Positions 41,277 through 52,000 of a stretch of DNA of 64,000 bases are shown piece after piece; the stretch's first letter is position 1; each line of letters opens with the position of its first letter. Below the pieces are notes generated by a model. That model was not told the origin of the DNA, searched no databases, and saw only the letters and a list, made by a program, of their open reading frames with translations. The translations under genes were made by a program, and so were the position numbers. This DNA is from Candidatus Kapaibacterium sp. (lineage in GTDB: Bacteria > Bacteroidota > Ignavibacteria > Kapaibacteriales > UBA2268): assembly GCA_963665665.1 (NCBI GenBank), contig OY762428.1, positions 4,448,001 through 4,512,000 of the forward strand, read 5' to 3'.

Positions 41277-41421
41277 TCAGATTAAAAATTTTTAAAGTTA
41301 AAAATTCAATAGCGCTATAGTCGAAAATTTTTCGACAGGAATATCATAATTAATACTATTTCAGATATTATCAGAAATTTATATTTAGCAGTTATTGTTA
41401 AGTTGTTAAATAAGGTGAGAT

Positions 41422-41796
41422 ATGAAGATATTAATTGCTGATGATTCTGAGTTTATTCTTGATAATCTTAAGAAATTGTTGAAATCGGTATCGTCAATAA
41501 GTGATATAAAAGTTGCTAAAGATGTTGAAGAAGCAATCAAAAAAATTAATTCCAACGATTTTGATGTTTTGATATTGGATATCAAAATGCCTAAAGGCCA
41601 GGGATTTGATGTTTTGGATGTGGCAAAGAAACAAGAAAAACCGCCGATAGTAATAATGCTGACGAACTTTGATCTGGCACAATACAAGGAAAAGAGTTTT
41701 CAGCATGGAGCTGATTATTTCTTTGATAAATCTACCGAGTTTGAAAGTGTAATCGAAGTGATTGATGACTTAGCAAGCAAAAAGTTAAACAAATAA
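41422..41796 (+). CDS. Single-domain response regulator
   Basis: ILIADDS, LDIKMP and GADYFFDKS. Confidence 0.9.
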   Translation: MKILIADDSEFILDNLKKLLKSVSSISDIKVAKDVEEAIKKINSNDFDVLILDIKMPKGQGFDVLDVAKKQEKPPIVIMLTNFDLAQYKEKSFQHGADYFFDKSTEFESVIEVIDDLASKKLNK

Positions 41797-41810
41797 TACA
41801 GGAGTTTACT

Positions 41811-43160
41811 GTGCCTAACGATAAAAATATTAGATCCGGCATTGACCTTAAGGAAATTCCGGATATTCTGGAAACAACACCAGCATTGATTTATATTTAT
41901 GATCTTATTAATAATCGCAATTTGTATGCAAACAGGGAAATTTTTGATTATCTTGGATACACGCCCGAAGAAATTAAAGAATTTGGGAGCGAATTGTTTC
42001 AGAATATTATTCATCCTGACGATCTGGAGCAGGTGCTGGATTTCCAAAAAATGCTAATAAATGCGGATGAAGATGAAACTTATGAAATTGAATATAGAAT
42101 GAGGTCATCAGAGGGGAAATGGATTTGGTTTTTAAGCAGAGAAAAAATATTTAAAAGAAACAATGACGGTCAAAATATACAAAAAGCCGGAATTGCTATT
42201 GACATTAGCAGCAATAGATATTTATCTGAAAAATCTAAATTAAGGGAAAAAATATTAAATAATATTAACAAGATATACAAGATAGCTATTACGGTTGATG
42301 ATGAAGAAGACCTGCTGAAAGAATGCCTGAATATATGCCAGAAAATAACCGGGGCCGATTATGGTTTTATCGGAGAGATAAATCCACTTGGAAAATTTGA
42401 CACAATAGCCCTGACTGATCCGGGTTGGAAAAATTGCAGGATTGGGAAAGAAGACTCCGTTAATATGATAAAAAATATGACTATCCATGGGATTTGGGGC
42501 AGGGTAATAATTGAGGCTAAGCCATTGATTACAAACAATCCTGCCGAGCATCCATATAGTATTGGCATACCTGAAGGGCATCCCCCGCTGAATAATTTTC
42601 TTGGTGTTCCTATGTTTCATAACGAAGATGTTTTCGGAATGATTGCATTAGGAAATAAACATGACGATTTTAACGAAATGGATTTGGAGGCAGTTGAAAA
42701 ACTTTCTGCAACTATTGCCGAGGCTCTAAGAAAGAAAAGGCTGGACCAGACTATCAGATTACAATCAAAAGAGATTGTGGAAGTATCCACACCAACCTTG
42801 CAGGTATGGGACGGTATTATTGCCATGCCGCTAATTGGTACGCTCGACAGTGAAAGAACTCAGCAATTCATGGAAAAGCTCCTGAAAGGTATCATTAATA
42901 GCAATTCTGAAATAGCAATAATTGATATTACTGGTGTGCCAAATGTCGATACTCAGACAGCTCACCATATAATGGATTCAATAACTGCCGCCGGGCTTCT
43001 TGGTGCTCAGGTGATTTTGACAGGAGTAAGGCCGATTATTGCCCAAACACTTATACATCTCGGGATTGACCTCTCAAGTTTCGAAACACAGTCATCATTA
43101 GCAGCCGGGCTGGAAATAGCTTTCGAAAAATTGGGACTATCAATACAAAAAACAAAATAG
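41811..43160 (+). CDS. rsbR: RsbR-family stressosome sensor (PAS-GAF-STAS)
   Basis: IIHPDD PAS; GIPEGHPPLNNFLGVP GAF; STPTLQVWDGIIAMPLIGTLDSER..IDITGVPNVDT..LTGVRP STAS. Confidence 0.85.
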   Translation: MPNDKNIRSGIDLKEIPDILETTPALIYIYDLINNRNLYANREIFDYLGYTPEEIKEFGSELFQNIIHPDDLEQVLDFQKMLINADEDETYEIEYRMRSSEGKWIWFLSREKIFKRNNDGQNIQKAGIAIDISSNRYLSEKSKLREKILNNINKIYKIAITVDDEEDLLKECLNICQKITGADYGFIGEINPLGKFDTIALTDPGWKNCRIGKEDSVNMIKNMTIHGIWGRVIIEAKPLITNNPAEHPYSIGIPEGHPPLNNFLGVPMFHNEDVFGMIALGNKHDDFNEMDLEAVEKLSATIAEALRKKRLDQTIRLQSKEIVEVSTPTLQVWDGIIAMPLIGTLDSERTQQFMEKLLKGIINSNSEIAIIDITGVPNVDTQTAHHIMDSITAAGLLGAQVILTGVRPIIAQTLIHLGIDLSSFETQSSLAAGLEIAFEKLGLSIQKTK

Positions 43161-43180
43161 GTTATTTACCGGAGAGTAAA

Positions 43181-44467
43181 ATGGATTACATTCATGAAAT
43201 GGAAAATAATAAAAAAATTGACCTGATTAATACACTACCGGTTGCCTGGGGGCTCCACAAAATTGTGTTGAATGATAAAGGTATTCCGATTGATTATATT
43301 TTCCTTGAAGTAAATAGTAAATTTGAATCATTTACCGGTTTGAAAAGAGATGATATACTTCATAAAAAAGTAACTGAAGCTATACCGGGAATCGAAAATT
43401 CCGAGCCAAATCTTATTGAAAAGTACGGACGGGTGGCTCTTACCGGTGAACCTGAACAGTTTGAAATGTTTTTTGAACCATTTGATAAATGGTACAAAAT
43501 TGATGTTCAATCGACCAAAAAAAATTATTTCACTGTAACTTTCGAAGATATTACCAGCAGTAAAAAAGATTATGCAAGATTAATGGAAAATCAGATAAAT
43601 CTGGATTTGGCTCTTGACTCTGCAAATGCGGGTAAATTTATCTGGAATGTCGAGACAGGGCATTTGTATTGGGATGAAAGATCCCTGAATATGTTTGGAA
43701 TAAAAAAGGAAAATTTTACTAACAACTTCGATTCATGGGCAAATACTTTACATCCCGGGGATTTAAATAATGTTCAGCTTATTTTGGAAAAACAACTCGA
43801 AAAAGATAAATTTATTGATATTGAATATAGAGTTTTAGTAAATAATAATGTAAATTTTATACAGGCAAAGGGCTATATTGCAAGGAATAAATCAGGCCAG
43901 CCGCAAATAATTACAGGCTTGCACCTTGATATTACCAACCAAAAAGAGAATGAGATCAAGCTAAAACAAAGCAGCAATGAATTGGAGAAAATGGTTCAAG
44001 AACGTACTCTGAAATTAGAACGGGAAATACAGGAAAGTAGGCGAAGGGAGATTATTATTAAGGAGCAAACCGAACAGATAATTGAATTATCAACGCCAAT
44101 TCTACAAACCTGGGATGGTATTCTTGTTGCTCCATTAATCGGGCAATTTAATTCAGAAAGAACGGAACTTTTTTCATCCAAAATTCTGGATACAATCAGC
44201 AAAATGAATTCAAAAATTGTAATTATTGATATTACCGGTATTGGAGAAATTGATACCCAGACAGCGCAGTATTTGATTGAAACAATCAGTGCCTGTCTGC
44301 TAATTGGTACACAGGTTATTTTAACAGGAGTAAAACCAAATATTGCCCAGACTCTGGTTCATCTTGGAATAGATTTTTCGGGTTTCATAACTCAGTCCAC
44401 ACTTGAGTCCGGATTGAAAATTGCATTTAAACTATTGGGCTATAAAATATTACAAAATGTAAATTAA
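43181..44467 (+). CDS. rsbR: RsbR-family stressosome sensor (PAS-PAS-STAS)
   Basis: DYIFLEVN PAS, LHPGD PAS, and ELSTPILQTWDGILVAPLIG..IDITGIGEIDT STAS. Confidence 0.85.
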   Translation: MDYIHEMENNKKIDLINTLPVAWGLHKIVLNDKGIPIDYIFLEVNSKFESFTGLKRDDILHKKVTEAIPGIENSEPNLIEKYGRVALTGEPEQFEMFFEPFDKWYKIDVQSTKKNYFTVTFEDITSSKKDYARLMENQINLDLALDSANAGKFIWNVETGHLYWDERSLNMFGIKKENFTNNFDSWANTLHPGDLNNVQLILEKQLEKDKFIDIEYRVLVNNNVNFIQAKGYIARNKSGQPQIITGLHLDITNQKENEIKLKQSSNELEKMVQERTLKLEREIQESRRREIIIKEQTEQIIELSTPILQTWDGILVAPLIGQFNSERTELFSSKILDTISKMNSKIVIIDITGIGEIDTQTAQYLIETISACLLIGTQVILTGVKPNIAQTLVHLGIDFSGFITQSTLESGLKIAFKLLGYKILQNVN

Positions 44468-44468
44468 T

Positions 44469-45641
44469 ATGAGATATAAAATGGAACACCTTAAAAAAGT
44501 TATTAATAACGGCGAAGAAATAATTTATGTGTCCGACATTGACAACTATGAACTTGTTTTTGTAAACGATAAGTTCAAGCAATTTTGGGGTACTGATGTA
44601 ATTGGAAAAAAATGTTACAAGGTGTTGCAGGGGCTGGATAATCCCTGCCCGTTTTGCACTAATCACCTGATAACAGACGAAAAATTTGGTGAAACATATA
44701 TATGGGAATTCAAAAATCAGACTACCGGAAAATGGTTTAAATGTTTTGATAAAGCAATTGAATGGGAAAAAAATCGGATTTGCAGAATAGAGTACGCTTA
44801 TGAAATATCAAGAGAAAAGGAATTAGAATTCAGCCTGAAAGAAAGAATGAAGGAAATTAGTTGTATCTACAAAATCACTAAATGGACTAATGATGATAAT
44901 CTGAGCCTGAATCAATTAGTTTCAAATATTTTAAAAACAATCAAACTTTCATTTCAGTTTCCCGATTTTGTTTCTGTTAGAATAAACTATTTAGATAAAG
45001 AATATACTTCCGATGGATTTTTAGAATCAACTGGACGAATATCATCAGATATTTACTATAAATCTAATATTCTTGGAAAAATCGAAGTATTCAATTCAAA
45101 AAGAAACTCAGAAGCAGACGGCTATTTTCTGGCCGAAGAACAAGAGCTTCTGGATGCTGTTTCCGGTGAAATATCAAAATATTATCAAAAAAGGAAAGCC
45201 CAGAAGGAAATTGAAGATTACAAATCAACTCTTGAAAACAGGGTTGCAAAACTTACCAATGAAGTACTTGAGCTTTCCCTGCCCGTTTTGCCAATTGATT
45301 CTAAAGTACTGCTGATGCCGTTAATCGGCCAACTGGAACACGAGAGAGCTGCTCTTATGATGGACAAACTGTTAAATGCTGTATATCAGTTTAAATCACA
45401 AGTAGTTATAATCGACCTGACAGGGGTTCCATCCATTGATACTCAGGCGGCGCAGAACATCATTAATGTAATTATGGCTGCTAAACTTCTGGGTGTAAAA
45501 ATAATTCTAACCGGAATAAAGCCTGATATTGCACAAACAATGATACACCTTGGTATAGATATCGAAAATGTTGAAAAATGCTCGGTATTATCCGAGGGGC
45601 TTAAAAAAGCATTATACACAATAAAAAATAGGGAGAAATAA
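44469..45641 (+). CDS. rsbR: RsbR-family stressosome sensor (PAS-GAF-like-STAS)
   Basis: GKKCYKVLQG..PCPFCTN PAS-like domain; LKERMKE..FLAEEQELL; ELSLPVLP..MPLIG..IDLTGVPSIDT STAS. Confidence 0.82.
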   Translation: MRYKMEHLKKVINNGEEIIYVSDIDNYELVFVNDKFKQFWGTDVIGKKCYKVLQGLDNPCPFCTNHLITDEKFGETYIWEFKNQTTGKWFKCFDKAIEWEKNRICRIEYAYEISREKELEFSLKERMKEISCIYKITKWTNDDNLSLNQLVSNILKTIKLSFQFPDFVSVRINYLDKEYTSDGFLESTGRISSDIYYKSNILGKIEVFNSKRNSEADGYFLAEEQELLDAVSGEISKYYQKRKAQKEIEDYKSTLENRVAKLTNEVLELSLPVLPIDSKVLLMPLIGQLEHERAALMMDKLLNAVYQFKSQVVIIDLTGVPSIDTQAAQNIINVIMAAKLLGVKIILTGIKPDIAQTMIHLGIDIENVEKCSVLSEGLKKALYTIKNREK

Positions 45642-46024
45642 TGAACGAGGTTGATCTTTCAGTAATAAAAATTGGCAAACTATTAATTGTTACAGTTCCA
45701 GCCGACCCGGATGATAATGTTGTAAATATTCTCCAGCAAAAAATACTGGAATCTTTTGATAAATATCAGTCTAAAGGCCTCGTGCTTGATATTTCGATGG
45801 TAGAAACTATGGATTCTTTTTTTGCGCGTGTCATATCAGAAACGGCGCTTATGGTTGAACTGATGGGCGGGCACACAGCAATTGCCGGGATGACTGCCAG
45901 CGTAGCAATTACAACAACACAATTGGGCTTATCTATTGGAAGTGCCCTGACAGCTTTAAATGTTGAAAGAGCAATTGATGTGCTAAACGATAAAATTAAA
46001 GAGGAAAATGATGACCATTCTTGA
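45641..46024 (+). CDS. rsbS: RsbS stressosome scaffold (STAS)
   Basis: GLVLDIS.VETMDSFFAR (conserved phospho-Ser), LMG and TALNVERAI. Confidence 0.9.
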   Translation: MNEVDLSVIKIGKLLIVTVPADPDDNVVNILQQKILESFDKYQSKGLVLDISMVETMDSFFARVISETALMVELMGGHTAIAGMTASVAITTTQLGLSIGSALTALNVERAIDVLNDKIKEENDDHS

Positions 46025-46418
46025 CGAAGGGGTTGTAAATATTAATAATGAATCTGATATTATTCTGGCAAGAAAAATTGCAAGAGAAATGTCAGGGGAC
46101 TTAAAATTTACTCTGACGGACATAACTCGAATAGTAACATCAGTTTCAGAGCTGGCAAGAAATATTTTTCTTTATGCGGGCAAAGGTGTTATGACTTGGA
46201 GTAAAGTCAGGAATGGAGGTAAAAGCGGGATAAAAATTAAGTTCGAGGATAACGGTCCGGGAATAAAAGATATTGATCAGGCTATGGTAGTTGGCTTTAC
46301 TTCATCCCGAGGCTTGGGTATGGGATTGCCTGGGGCAAAAAAATTAATGGATGATTTCGAGATTCTTTCAGAATTCGGAGTTGGAACTACTATTACAATT
46401 TATAAATGGCTTAAATGA
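46008..46418 (+). CDS. rsbT: RsbT serine/threonine kinase
   Basis: DIILAR, TRIVTSVSELARNI, DNGPGIKDIDQAM..GFTS..GLGMGLPGAKKLMDDF. Confidence 0.93.
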   Translation: MMTILDEGVVNINNESDIILARKIAREMSGDLKFTLTDITRIVTSVSELARNIFLYAGKGVMTWSKVRNGGKSGIKIKFEDNGPGIKDIDQAMVVGFTSSRGLGMGLPGAKKLMDDFEILSEFGVGTTITIYKWLK

Positions 46419-47425
46419 TGGAATTAGTCAGGGAACAATCAGTTAATATTACTTTCAGGAATGATTCACTTCGTGCAGTCAATGCTTTATTTAGTGTTAT
46501 TGGCGAGAGTTGTTCTCAAAAAAAAACACTGGATAAGGTGAAAACATGCGTATTGGAATTATCCAAAAATATTGCTATGCATTCAAAAGGCGGTATTCTT
46601 ACTATTAGTTTGTATAAAGGAAATAATTCATGCAAATTGGTTATTCAAAGTAGAAATAATATTGTTAAAAGAATTGATTTTGAATATGCTTTTACCGAAG
46701 GTTACACAACTGCCGGCAGCCTCGGGAGCGGTTTGGGGATTATCAATGATATTATGGATTATGTGAACATTGAAACAGTTGACAATGAGTTGATAATAAT
46801 ATGTGAAAAAACTGTTGAATTATCAGAACAACAAAATTTTATTTGTCCGTTTGATATAGGGTTAGCAACACGGCCCCATCCCAGAATGAAAGTAAACGGC
46901 GACAGCTATTTTACAAAGCAATGGGATGATAAAATCCTTATAAGCGTTATCGACGGCCTTGGACACGGACAATATGCTGAAAGAGCTTCAACAAAAGCTA
47001 AAAATTATCTTGCCAATCATTATACCATCCCAGTCAGAAATATGTTCCCGGGAATTAGCAGGGCTTGCAGGTCAACAAGAGGAGTTGTTGTAGGTATTAT
47101 GAAAATAAACTTTGTTAAAGACTATGTTGAATATGGCGGAATAGGGAACATATCTGTTATGTCTTTCGGTGGCAGGAAAAATTTAATTTTGCATAACCAA
47201 AGGGGGATATTGGGAATAAAAACAATATTTCCGCCAATAATGGAATTATCGCTTGATGAATGTTCTACAATATGGATGTTTTCAGACGGAATAAGTTCAT
47301 CAAAATTATCAGCATTTTACCCAAAATCAATTGGAATGAGTGCTATGGAAACTGCAAGATTTGTATTAAATCATTATTCAAAAGATAATGACGATGCAAC
47401 TATTATTGTTTTAAAAAGAAAATAA
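46415..47425 (+). CDS. rsbX: RsbT-like ATPase domain fused to a SpoIIE/PP2C phosphatase (RsbX-like)
   Basis: N-terminal ELSKNI..EGYTTAGSLGSGLG; C-terminal NGD, VIDGLGHG, GIGNI, FSDGI and DDAT. Confidence 0.78.
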   Translation: MMELVREQSVNITFRNDSLRAVNALFSVIGESCSQKKTLDKVKTCVLELSKNIAMHSKGGILTISLYKGNNSCKLVIQSRNNIVKRIDFEYAFTEGYTTAGSLGSGLGIINDIMDYVNIETVDNELIIICEKTVELSEQQNFICPFDIGLATRPHPRMKVNGDSYFTKQWDDKILISVIDGLGHGQYAERASTKAKNYLANHYTIPVRNMFPGISRACRSTRGVVVGIMKINFVKDYVEYGGIGNISVMSFGGRKNLILHNQRGILGIKTIFPPIMELSLDECSTIWMFSDGISSSKLSAFYPKSIGMSAMETARFVLNHYSKDNDDATIIVLKRK

Positions 47426-47432
47426 AGAGCCA

Positions 47433-48566
47433 ATGAGATCGGAAAAAAAAATACAAACAATCGAAGATATTAAAAAATTGATCAGGAGCAAGGATGCTTT
47501 GAACTCAATCGATTGGGAAAATACAAAAGAACTAAAGAATTTGATAAAATCTCTTTTTTTTCATTTTGATAATCACCAGGAAACAATAAAAATTTACCAG
47601 GAAGAGCTTAACAGGTCCAACGACGGGATGATTGCATTAACACTTGAGTTGGAAGACGAACTTGAAGTTAGGAAACAAGTAGAAGCAGAACTCGGGAAGT
47701 ATAGAAACCAACTTGAATCCCTGATTGAAAAAAGAACGGAAAAATTACTTGATACAAATCTGCGTTTAAATAAGGAGATCAAAGTTCGTAAGGAAGCTGA
47801 GAATGAATTAAAAAAATTATCCGAGAAACTGGAACAAAAAGTGAAACAAAGAACTAAAGAACTGGAGATTATTAACAAAGAACTTGAATCGTTCAGTTAT
47901 TCTGTTTCACATGATTTGAGAGCTCCCTTAAGGCATATACAGGGGTTTTCAGAATTATTAAGAAAAAAAATTAGAAATGATGATAATAAGGTACTAAGAT
48001 ATTTAGACTTGATTAATGAATCAACAAAGAATATGGGAAACCTTATTGAAAGGTTGTTGGAATTTTCCAGGTTTGGAAGAAAAAAAATGCTTATAAAACT
48101 AATTGATATGAACCAATTGGTTGATGAGGTTATAACATCTTTTCAATTAGAAAAAGATGACAGGCCAAAAATAATAAAAAGTAAAAAACTATTAAACACA
48201 GAAGCCGACCGCCAACTGATTTACCAGGTATGGTATAACTACCTGTCCAATGCCATAAAATATAGTTCAAAAAAATTGAACCCCGAAATCGAAATCGGAT
48301 GTTATTACGAAAATGACCAGGTTGTTTATTTTATCAAAGATAATGGTGTAGGATTCGACCCCAAATATATCGACAAACTATTTGGTGTTTTCCAAAGATT
48401 GCATTCCGATGCAGAATTTGATGGTACCGGCATTGGCCTGGCAAATGTAAAGCGTATTGTAACTAAGCACGGAGGCGAGGTTTGGGCCGAAAGTGAAATA
48501 GACAAAGGTGCAAAATTTTATTTTTCTCTGCCAATTAAAAAGGATGATAGCAATGAAAGTAAATAA
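47433..48566 (+). CDS. Cytoplasmic histidine kinase (bacteriophytochrome-like HisKA class) with coiled-coil N-terminus
   Basis: FSYSVSHDLRAPLRHI, NYLSNAIKYS, DNGVGFD and LFGVFQRLH..GTGIGLA. Confidence 0.92.
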   Translation: MRSEKKIQTIEDIKKLIRSKDALNSIDWENTKELKNLIKSLFFHFDNHQETIKIYQEELNRSNDGMIALTLELEDELEVRKQVEAELGKYRNQLESLIEKRTEKLLDTNLRLNKEIKVRKEAENELKKLSEKLEQKVKQRTKELEIINKELESFSYSVSHDLRAPLRHIQGFSELLRKKIRNDDNKVLRYLDLINESTKNMGNLIERLLEFSRFGRKKMLIKLIDMNQLVDEVITSFQLEKDDRPKIIKSKKLLNTEADRQLIYQVWYNYLSNAIKYSSKKLNPEIEIGCYYENDQVVYFIKDNGVGFDPKYIDKLFGVFQRLHSDAEFDGTGIGLANVKRIVTKHGGEVWAESEIDKGAKFYFSLPIKKDDSNESK

Positions 48567-48999
48567 TAAGAAAATAATTATCGTTGATGATAAAGAATTG
48601 GATATTGAATTAGCTGTTGAGGCTTTCAAAGAGTTGAACATCAACAATCAAATCATTACTTTCACCGATGGAACAGAAGCACTGAAGTATTTCGAAAATA
48701 TGAAAAAATATTTAGCTACTGAAAATGAAATAATTCTTGTAATTTTAGATATTAAAATGCCAAAAATTAGTGGTTTGGAAATTCTGGAAGAATTGAAAAA
48801 AAATGAAATTTTTAAAGCTATCCCGATTATTATGCTAACTTCTTCAAAAGAAGAAAATGATTTGATACAAGCCTACAAATCAGGTGCAAATGCTTATGTT
48901 ACCAAACCAATAGATTATTCTGAATTTATTGAAAAAATCACTTCCATTGCAAATTTTTGGATATATACTAACGAATTTATTCCAAGAACAATGAAATAA
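48553..48999 (+). CDS. Rcp1-like single-domain response regulator
   Basis: VDD..DIEL, LDIKMPKISGLE, MLTSS.EE.D and GANAYVTKP..FW. Confidence 0.9.
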   Translation: MKVNNKKIIIVDDKELDIELAVEAFKELNINNQIITFTDGTEALKYFENMKKYLATENEIILVILDIKMPKISGLEILEELKKNEIFKAIPIIMLTSSKEENDLIQAYKSGANAYVTKPIDYSEFIEKITSIANFWIYTNEFIPRTMK

Positions 49000-49000
49000 A

Positions 49001-52000
49001 ATGAATAGAATGATAAAAATATTATATCTCGAAGATAATCCTGTTGATGTTGAACTGGTAAAAGAAATTCTGGACAGTGATAAAATCAATAGTGAAATTT
49101 CAGTTGTTGATAATGAAAAAGATTATTTGCAAGAAATAAAAAAGAGGAGGCATGATATTATTCTTGCCGATTTTACCCTTCCCGCATTTAACGGCATTGA
49201 AGCATTAAAATATGCTATGGAAATTTGCCCTTCAACACCGTTTATATTCTTTTCAGGAACTCTCGGAGAGGAAAATGCCATTAAAGCAATGAAATACGGT
49301 GCAACTGATTATGTTTTAAAAAAATGGGTACAGAAGCTGCCTCTTTCTATTGTAAGAGCAATTGATGAAAGAAACTCAATTATAAAAAGAATGAAAGCAG
49401 AACTTGATCTTAAAAGGTCCGAGAAAAACTATCGTGACCTGGTTGAGAATTCAGTTGTTGGTATTTATAAGACTAATCTGGATGGGAAAATAATTTTTGC
49501 AAATAATTCACTTGCTGAAATATTCGGGTATTCCAACAAAGATGATCTGATTGGAGAAAATGCTGCCAACTTTTATAAAAACCCCGATAACCGAAAGCGC
49601 TTAACAGAAAAACTAAAGGCCGGACAAACCGTTGATTTAATGGAAATTGATATAGTAGATAAAAATAATATTACTAAACAAATAAGACTTAGTGCTGCAC
49701 TAAATGAGAATTATATCTCTGGAATAATTAATGATATAAGCGAGAGTAAAAAAGCTGAATCAGCTCTTATGAACAGCGAGAAAAAACTTCGTACGATAAC
49801 AGATTCTGCAAAAGATGCAATTATAATGATGGACCATAATGGTATTGTAACATTCTGGAATAATGCTGCGCAAGATATTTTTGGATATGAAGAATCAGAA
49901 ATCATTGGACAAATTTTACACAAAACTATAGTTCCTGAAAGGTTTTACGGGCAGCATATTTTAAATTTCAAGGATTGGGTAAAGACTGGTGAAGGAAATG
50001 CCGTTGGTAAAACACTTGAATTAATTGGCTTAAATAAATCTGGGCAGGAGTTCCCGGTTGAGTTGTCCCTATCAGCAATAAAAGTCGATTCCAATTGGGT
50101 TGCTGTCGGAATAATTCGTGATATATCGGACAGAAAAGCAATAGAATACAAAATTAAAAAAAATCTGGAATCACTACACCAGGCGGAAGAAATTGCTTCA
50201 CTTGGATATTTTGAGAGGAACTGGAAAACCGGTGAGTGCTATTGGTCAAACGGATTCTTTAATTTATTAGGTTTCAAAGACAAAGACTTTAGTCATTCTC
50301 AGGAATTGTTCTTCAAATATATTCATCCTGATGACTTACAAATATTCCAGAATAAATTACAAGAAAGTCTTGACAATAAAAAATCTTTGGACATTAGATT
50401 CAAGATGATTAATAGAAGAAATGAATTAATTCATATCCATGGATTAGCCACAAATTCCTATGATGAAAAAGGACACCCAGCTTTAACAATTGGCGTTTTC
50501 AGAGATATTACCGAAGAGCTAAAGACACAAAAGGAACTAAAAGGCAGCGAATTGCGCCTGGATCATGTTCTTAAAAGTTCAAACCTTGGCACCTGGGATT
50601 GGAAACTTAGTAATAATTCCATTGTATTCGGATACAACTGGTATTCGATGCTTGGATATGACGAGTCGGATTTGGAAGAAAAACCAGAAACTTTTTTTAA
50701 TCTGCTCCATCCTGATGATTCTAAAACTTTAAAGAAAATTCTTGACGATCATATTTCAGGTAAGTTTCCCGAATTTTCTTCAGAAATCAGAATGAAATCA
50801 AAATCCGGAGGATGGAAATGGATACAAACCGCCGGAAAATGTATTGAAAAAGATAAGGATGGCAATCCTCTCAGGCTTACGGGTATACATATTGATATTG
50901 ATAAAATAAAGAAAAATGAGGAAGAACTGATAAACTATCGTAATCACTTAGAGGACTTGGTTGAGCAAAAAACTATCGAGTTAAAAAAATCATACAGAGA
51001 AGTAAGAAAATTATTCCAGGCTGTTGAACAAAGCCCCGCCTCTGTGGTTATAACTGATGAAAATGTAAAAATCACTTATGTCAACAAATCATTTGAGCAG
51101 GTCACCGGGTACGAAACAGAGGAAGTTCTGGGAAAAAATCCGAATATATTAAAATCAGGTAAACACAGTAGCATTTTTTACAAATCGATGTGGAATACCA
51201 TTAATTCCGGAAAAGTTTGGAAAGGAGATATACAAAATAAAAAGAAGGGCGGGGAATTATACTGGGAAAGATCTCATATTGCACCGATACTAAATCAGGA
51301 AGGGAATATTATTTCTTATGTTGCCGTAAAAGAAGATATTTCAAAAGAAAAAGAACAGGAGCAAGACCTTTTAAATGCTTTCAAAGAAATTAAGAAATCC
51401 AACGATACAATGAACTCTACATTGGACGAGCTTAAGAGAACACAATCTCAGCTGGTTCAATCAGAGAAAATGGTGGCGTTAGGGCAATTAATTGCAGGTG
51501 TTGCTCATGAAATAAACTCTCCACTTGGAGCAATAAAAAGCCAGAATGAATCTTTTTTAAGAGATATCGAAAGGGTGTTCCACAATATGCCGGTTCTTTT
51601 TGCTAATATGCCCATGGAATTGATAAGAAAAATTGATCTGTTAGTTGACAAAGCGGTTGAAAACAAAAAGATGCTTTCACCGAGAGAAGAAAGAGATTTG
51701 AAAAAGAAAGTTAAATCGTTGTTCGAAAAAATAGGTATTTATAACTCAACCCGTTTAGCATCGACATATATAAATTTTGCGGATGAAAAGGCAATTAACG
51801 AGTATCTGCCAATATTGAAACATGAGAAGGCACTTGAAATAACCGGCCTTATCAGCAAATTGGTAAATCTTAAAAATGGTTCATCAATAATAAAAAATGC
51901 TGTTGAAAATATTATGAAAATTGTGTTTGCCTTGAAAAGTTATTCCCACTTCGACAGCTCTGATAATATGAGCAGTTTCAGTATTGTTGAAAGTATTGAA

